Shown one piece after another: positions 26,678-35,902 of a DNA stretch of 64,000 nt (the stretch's first letter is position 1; each line of letters starts with the position of its first letter). Position numbers and translations under genes: made by a program. The notes beneath the pieces are model-generated. The model did no database searches. It was not told the origin of the DNA and was given only the letters and a program-made list of their open reading frames with translations. Source of the stretch: Candidatus Uhrbacteria bacterium (GTDB taxonomy: Bacteria; Patescibacteriota; Patescibacteriia; JACPHY01); assembly GCA_016188355.1 (NCBI GenBank), contig JACPHY010000003.1:8170-72169 (forward strand). Reading direction: 5' to 3'.

Positions 26678-27127
26678 ATGATTGTCGTTCTTGGCGCAGA
26701 TCACCGAGGGTTTGCCATGAAGGAGATCCTGACGGAATGGTTGCGGGTAAAGGGGTACACCGTGGAAGATGCCGGCGCCGCCACCCTCGATGCGGACGAT
26801 GATTATCCGGACTTCGGCGCAGCGGTAGGACGTGCAGTCGCATCGCGTGCCGATACGTTCGGTATTATCCTCTGTGGCAGCGGAGCTGGCATCGCGGTTG
26901 CGGCGAATAAGATTGCCGGTGCACGCGCGGTTGCTGCCACTGAACCCGCTATTGTCCGCGCCGCGCGCCGGGACGATGATGTGAACATCCTCGCCATTGC
27001 GGCGGACTACACCACCGAGGACATGACGAAGATCCTCACCGCCATTTTTCTCGAAACGCCATTCAGCGCCGAGGAACGTTTCCAACGGCGGCTGCAAAAA
27101 ATTCAGCAGCTGGAACATGCGCACTAG
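26678..27127 (+). CDS. rpiB: ribose-5-phosphate isomerase B
   Basis: 'MIVVLGADHRGF...LCGSGAGIAVAANKIAGARAV' matches the RpiB/LacAB family. Start set at ATG 26678; the upstream in-frame part of the track ORF lies inside the terminator and spacer. Confidence 0.9.
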   Translation: MIVVLGADHRGFAMKEILTEWLRVKGYTVEDAGAATLDADDDYPDFGAAVGRAVASRADTFGIILCGSGAGIAVAANKIAGARAVAATEPAIVRAARRDDDVNILAIAADYTTEDMTKILTAIFLETPFSAEERFQRRLQKIQQLEHAH

Positions 27128-27794
27128 CATCATCCCTGCCATTCTCGCCACCACCGCGCGCGATTTCCACCAGCGATTCCAGATCATCGCCAGCATTGCG
27201 CCGATGCTCCATCTCGATATCATGGATGGCAACTTCGTCCCCAACCGCACATGGGCCACACCACGACGCATCGCCGCGCTCCCGCAATCCACACGATTCG
27301 AAGTGCATCTCATGGTTCGTGAGCCCGCCGCCGCGGTTGCCACATGGGGACGCATCGCCTCCGTGGAGCGCATCATCGTGCACGCCGAAGCAACGGAGGA
27401 CCTCGCCTCGCTCCTCGCCACGGTTCGCGCGACTGGAAAAAAAGTGGGCCTCGCGGTGAATCCGAGTACCCCGCTGCGCCGTCTACTCCCCTTCCTTCCC
27501 TCCTCTCCGCCCCAATCCCACACCCAGCGCCCGCCCGCATACACGGTGGACGATCTCCTCCTGATGGCGAATGCGCCGGGATTTGCCGGACGCCCCTTCC
27601 AGCGGCCCACGCTCCGTCGCGTCGCGTCGATCCACCGTCGATATCCGAAATTGCCGATCGGCGTCGATATTGGTGTGGACCACATCACCATCCCACTCCT
27701 CCGTGCAGCGGGAGCATCCCGCCTGATTGCCGGGAGCGCCATCTTCGGGCAGTCCGATCCCGTTGCCGCCTACCATCAGTTACGTCATCTCTAG
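27117..27794 (+). CDS. rpe: ribulose-phosphate 3-epimerase
   Basis: 'IAPMLHLDIMDGNFVPN', 'EVHLMV', 'PGFAGRPF', 'GVDIGVD...AGSAIFG' are Rpe motifs. Overlaps the rpiB stop. Confidence 0.85.
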   Translation: MRTSIIPAILATTARDFHQRFQIIASIAPMLHLDIMDGNFVPNRTWATPRRIAALPQSTRFEVHLMVREPAAAVATWGRIASVERIIVHAEATEDLASLLATVRATGKKVGLAVNPSTPLRRLLPFLPSSPPQSHTQRPPAYTVDDLLLMANAPGFAGRPFQRPTLRRVASIHRRYPKLPIGVDIGVDHITIPLLRAAGASRLIAGSAIFGQSDPVAAYHQLRHL

Positions 27795-27798
27795 TCGT

Positions 27799-28317
27799 AT
27801 GCGCTGCACTCGTCCGATCGCTGCCGTCCTGTTGATCGCACTATTCCTTGGTGCCGGATGCGCCGCGCAGCAGTCCCCACCGTCACCGGACACCGATGCT
27901 GACGCCGCGATATCCGTGGTGCCCATGCCGACTCCTCCTGCGGCGCCCCCCACTAATGCCACCGCGCCACCCAACCCCATCGCACCGCCGGAGCGCAGCA
28001 ATGCTATCGCCACCACACCGCCTCCGACACCATCAGCCGCTCGCACCATTCGCATGACGGCGCGGCAGTGGGCGTTCGATCCCGAAGAAATTCGCGTGCG
28101 CAAGGATGATCGCGTGATTCTAGAAATCGTGAGCACGGACGTGGACCACGGCATTGCCATTCCCGACTTCCATGTGCGCGAGGATCTCAAAGCAGGGACC
28201 ACGACCCGCGTCGAGTTCGTCGCAAGCAAAACAGGGCGCTTCGATTTTTCCTGCTCCGTCTTCTGCGGCAGTGGCCATCGCAGTATGCGCGGGACGCTCA
28301 TCGTAGAGCCAAAATAG
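27799..28317 (+). CDS. cupredoxin-fold (COX2/N2OR-like copper-binding domain) lipoprotein
   Basis: Signal + lipobox 'LFLGAGC', Pro/Ala-rich linker, then 'WAFDPEEIRVRKDDRVILEIVSTDVDHGIAIPDF...FDFSCSVFCGSGHRSMRGTLIVE', the C..C..H..M copper-ligand pattern of the cupredoxin/CuA-type fold. Confidence 0.6.
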   Translation: MRCTRPIAAVLLIALFLGAGCAAQQSPPSPDTDADAAISVVPMPTPPAAPPTNATAPPNPIAPPERSNAIATTPPPTPSAARTIRMTARQWAFDPEEIRVRKDDRVILEIVSTDVDHGIAIPDFHVREDLKAGTTTRVEFVASKTGRFDFSCSVFCGSGHRSMRGTLIVEPK

Positions 28318-28556
28318 CGCACCACACACCCGCATCGCCCTCTTGACCCCACCCCGAGCCAGTGATAGGCTCAGCCTACTGAGAGGAACCTTCCGGTTCC
28401 CCTCAGCGCTCCCCTCCCTCCGGACGGGCAGCACATCCCTTCGGACGCTTGCCTGCGGGCGTATGCGGGGTCGGGCAAAGCCCTTCTTCCCCGCACACGT
28501 CCTCAGCTGCGCTCGAACAGGTTCCTTCACAATATCGCAATGAATCGGGGGTACCC

Positions 28557-30266
28557 ATGCGTGTTTGCCCGCAGTGCCGTTCGGTCTTTCAGGGCGAAGT
28601 AACGCGCTGTGGGATCGATGGAGAGGCACTCCAAATCACCACGATCGATCCGCTCATCGGCACGTCCATCGGCAATTATCAAATCACCGCACTGCTGGGT
28701 GAGGGCGGCATGTCGCGGGTGTACCGCGCGTCCCACCACACCATTGGATCCGACGTCGCGATCAAGGTGCTCATCGGCAACATCTCCATGGACCAACGGG
28801 CAGTGGAGCGCTTTCGCCGAGAAGCCAATGCAATGGCGAAGATCCATCATCGCAATGTCGCCATGGTCCACGATTACGGAACGACCCCGCAGGGGCTCAC
28901 GTACATGGCCATGGAGTTCCTCTCCGGTCGTTCACTCGCAGATGCCATTGAGGCGGATGGGAAGTTTTCTCCGCCGCGCGCCGCGCGTATTACCCGACAA
29001 ATCGCAGCGGGGCTCAACGCCGCACACGCGCTCGGGTACGTGCATCGCGATCTGAAACCAGGCAACTGCATGCTCATCCACGAGGATGGAGACGAGGTCG
29101 TCAAGCTCCTCGACTTCGGGCTCGTGCGCGTGCAGAGAGATGCGGAACCGGAGAATGTTCGGCTCACGAAAACCGGCTATACGCTCGGCACACCGCTCTA
29201 CATGGCGCCCGAGCAAATTCGTGGCGAGCCAGCGACCCCGCTCACGGATCTCTATGCGCTCGGTGTCGTGCTCTATGAAATGCTCGCCGGCAAGCCGCCG
29301 TTCGCGGGCGCATCGAATGCGGAAGTGTGCTACAAGCACACCTCGGAACTGCCGCCGAAGCTACCGGAATGCGGGGGGCTCGAGGATTGCGCTCTGCAAC
29401 TCCTCAAAAAGATACCCGCACAGCGACCCGGCAGTGCGCAGGAGGTCATCGAGATCCTCGACACAACCCCCATGCAGCGATCGACCGCCGGTCGACGAGC
29501 CGCCGCACTCAGTGAACCCGCGATCACGTACGGGGACGTGATCCCCGTACTGCGTGAACACCGTGAATGGTCGCGCACCGAACGGAAGCTCATCCTCGGC
29601 GCCCCGCTGCTGCTCATGAGCATCCTCGCCATTGTGGCGTGGTGGAAACGCGCGGACGTCGTCGATCGCTCCGCCACCGAACCTCCGACGGCCATCTCCA
29701 CGCCCGCGGCTATTCCTCCCCCGCCAATTGCAGCGCCGACGCATACCGGAACCGCTACCCCCGCCACCGTGCGCACACCACCCGTGATCGACGCGAGTCC
29801 TCCGATCGCCACGCCCCCTCCGAAGGCACGGACTCCCACGGAAACCGATCGCGCCGCACTCGCTGCACTCCGGCGCTCCATTGAGAGCGATGCTGCCGCG
29901 CGCGGACTCACGGCGACCGACCTCGCACATCTCCCCGCGCTCGCTCCCACCTATACGTCATGGCGGCGCGCGGTCAGTGGAAATAATCTGCAATCCGCCA
30001 CAGAGGCAACGCAACGCATGCGCACCGCCATCACCGCGCTCGTCTTCGACGCGGCAACGATCGATGCGAAATTCCAGATCGTCCGAACTGCGCTCGCCCA
30101 AGCGAATATCGCGGACCCCGTCCGCATGGCAGATCTCGAAGGACAGCTCGACGAACTGGCACGTGCGGCACGCTCGGACCGCATGACCGACGCGGAGCGT
30201 CCGAGACTCTTCCAACAGCTCGCCGGCATCGAGCGCCGCATCCGAACAACGCACGCCGCTCCGTAG
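28557..30266 (+). CDS. Ser/Thr protein kinase (Hanks-type) with N-terminal zinc-ribbon and C-terminal TM + Pro-rich + helical region
   Basis: 'CPQCRSVFQGEVTRCGIDG' zinc ribbon; kinase subdomains 'LGEGGMSRVY', 'AIKVL', 'HRDLKPGNCML', 'DFGL', 'GTPLYMAPE'; TM 'LILGAPLLLMSILAIVAWW'; Pro-rich 'PPTAISTPAAIPPPPIAAP'. Start at ATG 28557. Confidence 0.85.
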   Translation: MRVCPQCRSVFQGEVTRCGIDGEALQITTIDPLIGTSIGNYQITALLGEGGMSRVYRASHHTIGSDVAIKVLIGNISMDQRAVERFRREANAMAKIHHRNVAMVHDYGTTPQGLTYMAMEFLSGRSLADAIEADGKFSPPRAARITRQIAAGLNAAHALGYVHRDLKPGNCMLIHEDGDEVVKLLDFGLVRVQRDAEPENVRLTKTGYTLGTPLYMAPEQIRGEPATPLTDLYALGVVLYEMLAGKPPFAGASNAEVCYKHTSELPPKLPECGGLEDCALQLLKKIPAQRPGSAQEVIEILDTTPMQRSTAGRRAAALSEPAITYGDVIPVLREHREWSRTERKLILGAPLLLMSILAIVAWWKRADVVDRSATEPPTAISTPAAIPPPPIAAPTHTGTATPATVRTPPVIDASPPIATPPPKARTPTETDRAALAALRRSIESDAAARGLTATDLAHLPALAPTYTSWRRAVSGNNLQSATEATQRMRTAITALVFDAATIDAKFQIVRTALAQANIADPVRMADLEGQLDELARAARSDRMTDAERPRLFQQLAGIERRIRTTHAAP

Positions 30267-30342
30267 TGACTGCTCTCGAGAGGATCCCCCCGGGGGGTCC
30301 TCTTTTTCGTTCTCCGCGTGGTCCGCGGTACACTGGAGCTAC

Positions 30343-31194
30343 ATGATGACCATTGCGCAACTCGAACGCAAAGCGAGTGCCATTCGACAGGATTGCATTC
30401 GGATGCTCACGGAAGCGGGATCGGGACACTCCGCCGGATCGTTGGGCATGGCAGATATTTTTACCGCACTTTATTTCGGCGGCATCTTCACCCACGATCC
30501 GGCACACCCCGATGATCCACACCGCGATCGTCTCTTCCTCTCGAATGGACACATCTGTCCCATCTGGTACACCACCCTTGCGCATGCGGGCTACTGCTCG
30601 CGCGAGGAGATGCTCCATACGCTGCGCGCCCTGGGCACGCGCCTCCAAGGACACCCACACCGCAAAGCGCTCCCGCCCATTGAGAATCCCTCCGGGCCGC
30701 TTGGCCAGGGCCTTTCGCAGGCAGTGGGATATGCGCTCGCCGCAAAAATGGATCGCCGAAAGTTTCAGGTGTACTGCATCCTCAGCGACGGCGAACATGA
30801 TGAGGGGCAAACCTGGGAGGCCATCCTCTTTGCGGGCAAACATCGGCTCGACAACGTCACCGCAATTCTCGATCGCAACAACATTCAAATCGATGGCATG
30901 ACGGAGGACATCATGCCGCTCGAACCGCTCCGCGCAAAATACGAAGCCTTCAACTGGCATGTGATCGAAATTGACGGCCATCATCACGAACAAATTATCG
31001 CCGCCTGTAGCGAAGCGAAGGCGATCTATGAGAAACCGGTCCTCATCCTCGCGCACACCATCCCGGGCAAGGGCGTTGATTTCATGGAGTTCCAATACGA
31101 GTGGCACGGAAAGCCCCCGAACGCCGCGGAGGCAAAGGAGGCGCTCCGACAACTGCGGACACTCGGGGGGAAGATCCACGGAGAACACGAGTGA
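30343..31194 (+). CDS. tkt: transketolase, N-terminal (TPP pyrophosphate-binding) subunit of a split enzyme
   Basis: 'GSGHSAGSLGMADIFTALYF', 'DRLFLSNGHICPIWYTTLA' and 'ILSDGEHDEGQTWEA' are transketolase N-domain motifs. The ORF ends after about 283 aa. Confidence 0.9.
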   Translation: MMTIAQLERKASAIRQDCIRMLTEAGSGHSAGSLGMADIFTALYFGGIFTHDPAHPDDPHRDRLFLSNGHICPIWYTTLAHAGYCSREEMLHTLRALGTRLQGHPHRKALPPIENPSGPLGQGLSQAVGYALAAKMDRRKFQVYCILSDGEHDEGQTWEAILFAGKHRLDNVTAILDRNNIQIDGMTEDIMPLEPLRAKYEAFNWHVIEIDGHHHEQIIAACSEAKAIYEKPVLILAHTIPGKGVDFMEFQYEWHGKPPNAAEAKEALRQLRTLGGKIHGEHE

Positions 31195-32342
31195 CCTGCA
31201 AAGCAAATTTCCTTCCCTTTGTGCTCGCCAAACATCTCCACGCCAAACTCTTCACGAATCAGGTCGTACAACTCCCCACCCGAAATGGGTACGGGGATGG
31301 ACTCGTGCTCGCGGGCCGGCAGAATCCTGATGTGGTGGTGCTGTGTTGCGATCTCACAGAATCCACGCGCTCGCTCGCATTTCAAAAGGAATTCCCCAAT
31401 CGGTTCGTGGAGGTCGGCGTGGCGGAGCAGAACATGATGGGACTTGCCGCGGGCATGGCGGCGTACGGCAAGGTGCCGTTCGCTTCGAGCTATGCGGTGT
31501 TCTCACCGGGGCGCAATTGGGATCAAGTGCGCGTCTCCGTCGCATACGCGGAGGCAAATGTGAAAATTGCCGGCGCGCACTCCGGTATCTCCGTTGGCCC
31601 GGATGGCGCTACCCACCAGGCACTCGAGGATATCGCGATCACGCGCGTCCTGCCGAATATGGTAGTGCTCGCACCCTGCGATGCGCACGAAACGCGGAAG
31701 GCGACCCTCGCCGCTGCCGCACATCACGGTCCGGTATACCTCCGATTCACGCGCGAACCATCACCGGTACTCACCACACCGCGATCACCATTCATGATCG
31801 GCAAGGCACAGGTATTCCGTACGGGCACCGATGCCACGATCGTGGCATGCGGGCCGCTCGTCTATGAAGCGCTCCTCGCTGCGGAGTGCATCGCGGGCAA
31901 TGGAGCGGCACAGCGCATCCTCCGGGATCGATATCCCGCACTCACCGCGCGCCTCACGCAATCCGCACTCCCCGGCCACACCCGCGAGCGCGCGCAGACG
32001 GTCACCGTTTGGACTCCCGAGTCCATCCGCGATCTCCTCTCGGATATCGGGAGACGTGACATCGAGGTCATCAATTCCCCCTCCGTGAAACCGCTCGATG
32101 CCGACACCATCGCGAAGAGCGCCGCAAAAACGGGCCGCGTCGTCACCGTGGAAGAACATCAGATCACCGGAGGACTTTTTGGTGCGGTCGCGGAAGCGCT
32201 CGCACCGCGGTGTCCGGTACCGATCCTCCCCATCGGCATGCCCGACTCCTTCGGAGAATCCGGGGAACCTAGGGAGCTCCTCGAAAAATATGGCATGACG
32301 GCACCCTTCATCATCCAGGCCATCGGACGACTCCTCTCCTAA
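31191..32342 (+). CDS. tkt: transketolase, C-terminal (pyrimidine-binding + C-terminal) subunit
   Basis: 'PTRNGYGDGLVLAGRQNPDVVVLCCDLTESTRS', 'VEVGVAEQNMMGLAAGMA' and 'ILPIGMPDSFGESG'. Proposed GTG start at 31191 overlaps the stop of the N-terminal subunit (GTGA); the ATG at 31101 would overlap it by 94 nt. Confidence 0.8.
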   Translation: MTCKANFLPFVLAKHLHAKLFTNQVVQLPTRNGYGDGLVLAGRQNPDVVVLCCDLTESTRSLAFQKEFPNRFVEVGVAEQNMMGLAAGMAAYGKVPFASSYAVFSPGRNWDQVRVSVAYAEANVKIAGAHSGISVGPDGATHQALEDIAITRVLPNMVVLAPCDAHETRKATLAAAAHHGPVYLRFTREPSPVLTTPRSPFMIGKAQVFRTGTDATIVACGPLVYEALLAAECIAGNGAAQRILRDRYPALTARLTQSALPGHTRERAQTVTVWTPESIRDLLSDIGRRDIEVINSPSVKPLDADTIAKSAAKTGRVVTVEEHQITGGLFGAVAEALAPRCPVPILPIGMPDSFGESGEPRELLEKYGMTAPFIIQAIGRLLS

Positions 32343-32457
32343 TCGAGGATACACGAAAAAGAACCGCTGCGCACAGCGGTTCTTTTTGTTTGAAATCCCA
32401 GAAATTGGATGCGGAGGATTCTCCTAGTGTAAGGTTACGGCACTCTGGCGCATTCCT

Positions 32458-33018
32458 GTGATATGCGCACCTCGTGTGCCTGATATCCCACTCCGTTCGC
32501 CCACCACGGCCGCCGAAGAGTCCGCGCTCTGCACACGTGCCCGTCAGGGCGACCGTGCTGCGGTTCGCGCGCTCTTCGATTGCTACGCGCAACGGCTGTA
32601 CGGATATCTGCTACATACGTTGCGCGATCCGCAGCTCGCTTCCGATTGCTTCCAACAAACCTGGCTACGTGCGATCGAGCAATTCCCTCGATTCGAGGAT
32701 CGCGGCGCATCCTTCGGTGCATGGCTCTTCACGATCGCTCGAAATGAATGCCGCCAGCACTGGCGCCGACGCACCAATGAGCCGCTCGATGCCATCACGC
32801 ACGACGTGCCGGTGCCCAGCCCACAGCATGCCATCGCCAACGCGATCGAAATAGAACGCGTGCTCACCCAACTCCACGAAGACGATCGGGAACTCCTCCG
32901 CCTCCGCTACCTCGCCGACCTCCCCGTCGCCACCATCGCGCGCACCTTAGGCATCCGGACCGCGACCGCGCATGTCCGTATCCATCGCGCGCTCCGACGC
33001 GCGCGCCGTCTCCTATGA
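32458..33018 (+). CDS. RNA polymerase sigma-70 factor, ECF subfamily
   Basis: Region 2 'LFDCYAQRLYGYLLHTLRDPQLASDCFQQTWLRAIEQFPRFE...FGAWLFTIARNECRQHWRR' and region 4 'LRLRYLADLPVATIARTLGIRTATAHVRIHRALRRAR'. Confidence 0.8.
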   Translation: MICAPRVPDIPLRSPTTAAEESALCTRARQGDRAAVRALFDCYAQRLYGYLLHTLRDPQLASDCFQQTWLRAIEQFPRFEDRGASFGAWLFTIARNECRQHWRRRTNEPLDAITHDVPVPSPQHAIANAIEIERVLTQLHEDDRELLRLRYLADLPVATIARTLGIRTATAHVRIHRALRRARRLL

Positions 33019-33539
33019 TTCGCCATCCCCGCATCACGTCCCGTCATCTCCGCGCGTGGGGCAACACGCATCGTCCGCCGCTTCCCCCATCGCTCACCGC
33101 ATTCCGTTCAGAGCTCCTGGATCGGGTGCGCCCGAACGCACCGATGCCGGAAACCCGACCCGTGCTCTTCCCCTGGGCGCCGGTCGCGCTCATGGGAGCA
33201 GCAGTACTCATCCTCATTATTGCCCCACCAACACCCCCAACACTGACCGCCACGCGCGCGTCACCGCTCACCACATCGTTGCCCGCGCCCACGAGCAAAA
33301 AACGTCTGCCGGATCAGGGCGCGGCGGAGATGGCGCTTGCGCTCCGTGCCCCGGAAATGCCCCATGCCGACGCATCGCCGCAAGTTTCGGAACGCACCTT
33401 CGGGCAACCCGCCGGACTCGCGCAGTCCTCCCGTCCCTCCCCACTGCCTGCCGTACTGCGCGCGTGCAGCGCGGCACTACTCCTCATCCTCGCGATCATC
33501 CAAGTGCTGCGCTGGCGACGACCCCGTGCCACGTCATGA
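33015..33539 (+). CDS. putative anti-sigma factor (single-pass membrane protein)
   Basis: ATGA overlap with the sigma-factor stop. One TM helix 'VLFPWAPVALMGAAVLILIIAPP' with a Pro-rich extracytoplasmic part. Position and topology are typical of ECF anti-sigma factors. Confidence 0.55.
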   Translation: MIRHPRITSRHLRAWGNTHRPPLPPSLTAFRSELLDRVRPNAPMPETRPVLFPWAPVALMGAAVLILIIAPPTPPTLTATRASPLTTSLPAPTSKKRLPDQGAAEMALALRAPEMPHADASPQVSERTFGQPAGLAQSSRPSPLPAVLRACSAALLLILAIIQVLRWRRPRATS

Positions 33540-35776
33540 GCAGGTTACTCAAAAGAACTCCCCATATGCGCCGCTGGCTTTTCTTCACGCTCCTGGCCGT
33601 ACCGCTCCTCGGACTTGCGCTCCGGTTCACCCCCATCTCCCATGCGGAGGAGCGGCCCGTCCCCGTCGTCAGTACCCCGGACCTTCCCGCCGGTTCGCTC
33701 CGCATCATCACCGACCACCCCGACCAACCGCCGCGCACGTTGCCGCTCCGGCATACGTCGGTGGAGGCGGATGTCGCCGGCAACGTGAGCGCGGTCACCG
33801 TGCGTCAGGAATTCGTGAATCCGGCCACCGATCCTATTGAGGCGGTGTACGTATTCCCCTTGCCTGAAGATGCGGCCGTGCATGCCATGGAAATGCACAT
33901 CGACGATCGCGTCATCAAAGGCACCGTTCGCACCCGCGATGAGGCGCGCCGCACCTACGAAACCGCGCGCGCGAATGGCCAACGCACGAGCCTCCTCGAG
34001 CAGGAGCGTCCGAATATCTTCACGCAGTCCGTTGCCAATATTCCACCAGGAGCATCGATCACCATCGAACTCCGATACGTGCACGCGCTCGTTCCGGATG
34101 ACGGCCAGTACACATTCGTCTACCCCATGGTCGTCGGCCCGCGCTACATCCCAGGAGCACGCATAGGGCAACAGGGCACTGGGTGGTCATCGGACACGGA
34201 CCGTGTGCCCGACGCATCCCGCGTCACCCCGCCCGTCCTTCCACCGGGCGAGCGCTCGGGCCACGATATCGAACTCACCGTGCGCCTCGATGCCGGTCTT
34301 CCCATTGACCAGCTTCGCGCACTCGCGCACGCAGTCGACGTGGAGCGCGGCACCGATACCCGAGCAACCATCCGCATTCGGCCATCGGATCGCGTACCCA
34401 ACAAAGATTTCGTCCTCCGCTGGCGCACGCCCACCCGCGCGATCACCCCCACACTCCTCGCGCATCGCGTGGAAGGGGATGGCCATTTCCTCCTCCTCAT
34501 CCAGCCACCCGCAACTCCTCCGGAGGATACCATCATCCCCAAGGAGCTCATCTTTATCGTGGATACGTCTGGCTCCATGTCGGGCCACCCCCTCGCGAAG
34601 GTACAGGCGGCAATGCGCTATGCGCTCGATCACCTCCATCCGAACGATACGTTCACCATCTTGAGCTTCCAGCACACGACGGACTGGTTCTCCGAGCGAC
34701 CCGTACCCGCGACCCGGGAGCACATTGCCCGCGCGCAGCAGTACATCAACGGACTCGCCGCGCGCGGCGGAACAGAAATGCTCCGTGCCACCCAGGCGGC
34801 GCTCCGCCTCCCCGAATCAAACGATCGTCGCGTGCGCATTGTCTCGCTCATGAGTGATGGGTACGTGGGCAACGAACGAGAAATCCTCACCCAGGTCGCT
34901 ACCGATCTCGGCAACACACGACTCTTCCCGTTCGGTGTCGGTTCCTCCGTGAACCGCCACCTCATCACCGCGCTCGCACAGGTGGGACGCGGGCACGCGA
35001 CCGTCATCACCCTCCAGGAACCGGAGGATGCGGCCGTGCAACACTTCTATGACCGCCTCGCGCAACCGATGCTCACGAACATCCAGATCGATTGGGGCGG
35101 GCTCGCCGTCCATGCCACCACCCCAGACCCGCTTCCTGATCTCTTCGCTGGCCAATTGGTCGCGGTGACCGGGAAATACACGCACGGTGGCTCGGGGACG
35201 ATCCGTGTCCGCGGCATGCTCCGTGGCGCATCCACCGAGTTCCCGCTCTCCGTGACGTTGCCGGAATCGGAATCCGCACATGACGCAATCCCGACGATCT
35301 GGGCGCGCTCCCGCGTGGAGGCCATCAGCAACAATTACCGCGCCACCGAAACCGAGCAGCAGGACCAGATCACGGCGCTCGGACTCACCTACAACATCGC
35401 CACCGCCTACACCTCGTTCGTGGCAGTGGATACCACACCAGCAAGCGCGCCGGGACAACTGCCGCGCACCGTCCCCGTTCCGGTACTGATTCCCGATGGC
35501 GTGTCCCACGATGGCATCTTCGGGCAAATGCAGTTTGGATTGTCGGCCGGAATCGCCGCACCGCAGGCGGATACGAAACGTGGACGCATGCATGGGGCAC
35601 GGGAAGAATCCCTCGCACCGGTTGCCGCGCTCAGCCCGGACGCAGCCGCGCCATCATCCCCGAACACGCAGCCCGTGTCCTCGCGCGCCCGCATCATCGC
35701 CCTCGTCATCGCCGGGATCACCGCATGCGTGCTCCTCGCCCGCATGATCCGCTCGCGCCTCCGCCCGCACCCATAA
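33536..35776 (+). CDS. VIT domain + von Willebrand factor type A domain protein with C-terminal TM anchor
   Basis: Start ATG overlaps the anti-sigma stop (ATGA). Signal peptide 'MSRLLKRTPHMRRWLFFTLLAVPLLGLAL'. vWA MIDAS 'IFIVDTSGSMSGHP...DTFTILSF...GGTEM'. The N-terminal about 130-aa beta-rich region fits VIT. TM 'IIALVIAGITACVLLARMI' at the C-terminus. Confidence 0.7.
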   Translation: MSRLLKRTPHMRRWLFFTLLAVPLLGLALRFTPISHAEERPVPVVSTPDLPAGSLRIITDHPDQPPRTLPLRHTSVEADVAGNVSAVTVRQEFVNPATDPIEAVYVFPLPEDAAVHAMEMHIDDRVIKGTVRTRDEARRTYETARANGQRTSLLEQERPNIFTQSVANIPPGASITIELRYVHALVPDDGQYTFVYPMVVGPRYIPGARIGQQGTGWSSDTDRVPDASRVTPPVLPPGERSGHDIELTVRLDAGLPIDQLRALAHAVDVERGTDTRATIRIRPSDRVPNKDFVLRWRTPTRAITPTLLAHRVEGDGHFLLLIQPPATPPEDTIIPKELIFIVDTSGSMSGHPLAKVQAAMRYALDHLHPNDTFTILSFQHTTDWFSERPVPATREHIARAQQYINGLAARGGTEMLRATQAALRLPESNDRRVRIVSLMSDGYVGNEREILTQVATDLGNTRLFPFGVGSSVNRHLITALAQVGRGHATVITLQEPEDAAVQHFYDRLAQPMLTNIQIDWGGLAVHATTPDPLPDLFAGQLVAVTGKYTHGGSGTIRVRGMLRGASTEFPLSVTLPESESAHDAIPTIWARSRVEAISNNYRATETEQQDQITALGLTYNIATAYTSFVAVDTTPASAPGQLPRTVPVPVLIPDGVSHDGIFGQMQFGLSAGIAAPQADTKRGRMHGAREESLAPVAALSPDAAAPSSPNTQPVSSRARIIALVIAGITACVLLARMIRSRLRPHP

Positions 35777-35902
35777 GCATCGCTACCGCCCACACGACCG
35801 TGCGTCGTGTGGGCGGTGCGTCTCCGCGCATCCGGTGCATGATATGCTGTGCGCAACCGCTGCTCGTGTCCGGTTGCTCAATTGGACGGACGGCGCGCAC
35901 CT

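Noticed and set aside
25769-27742. 657-aa minus-strand ORF over the end of the island, rpiB and rpe
   Set aside because: Antisense artefact. rpiB and rpe on the plus strand carry unmistakable motifs.
32972-33535. N-terminal 188 aa of track ORF 32972-35776
   Set aside because: This part overlaps the ECF sigma and anti-sigma genes in another frame. The real VIT-vWA protein starts at the signal-peptide Met overlapping the anti-sigma stop.
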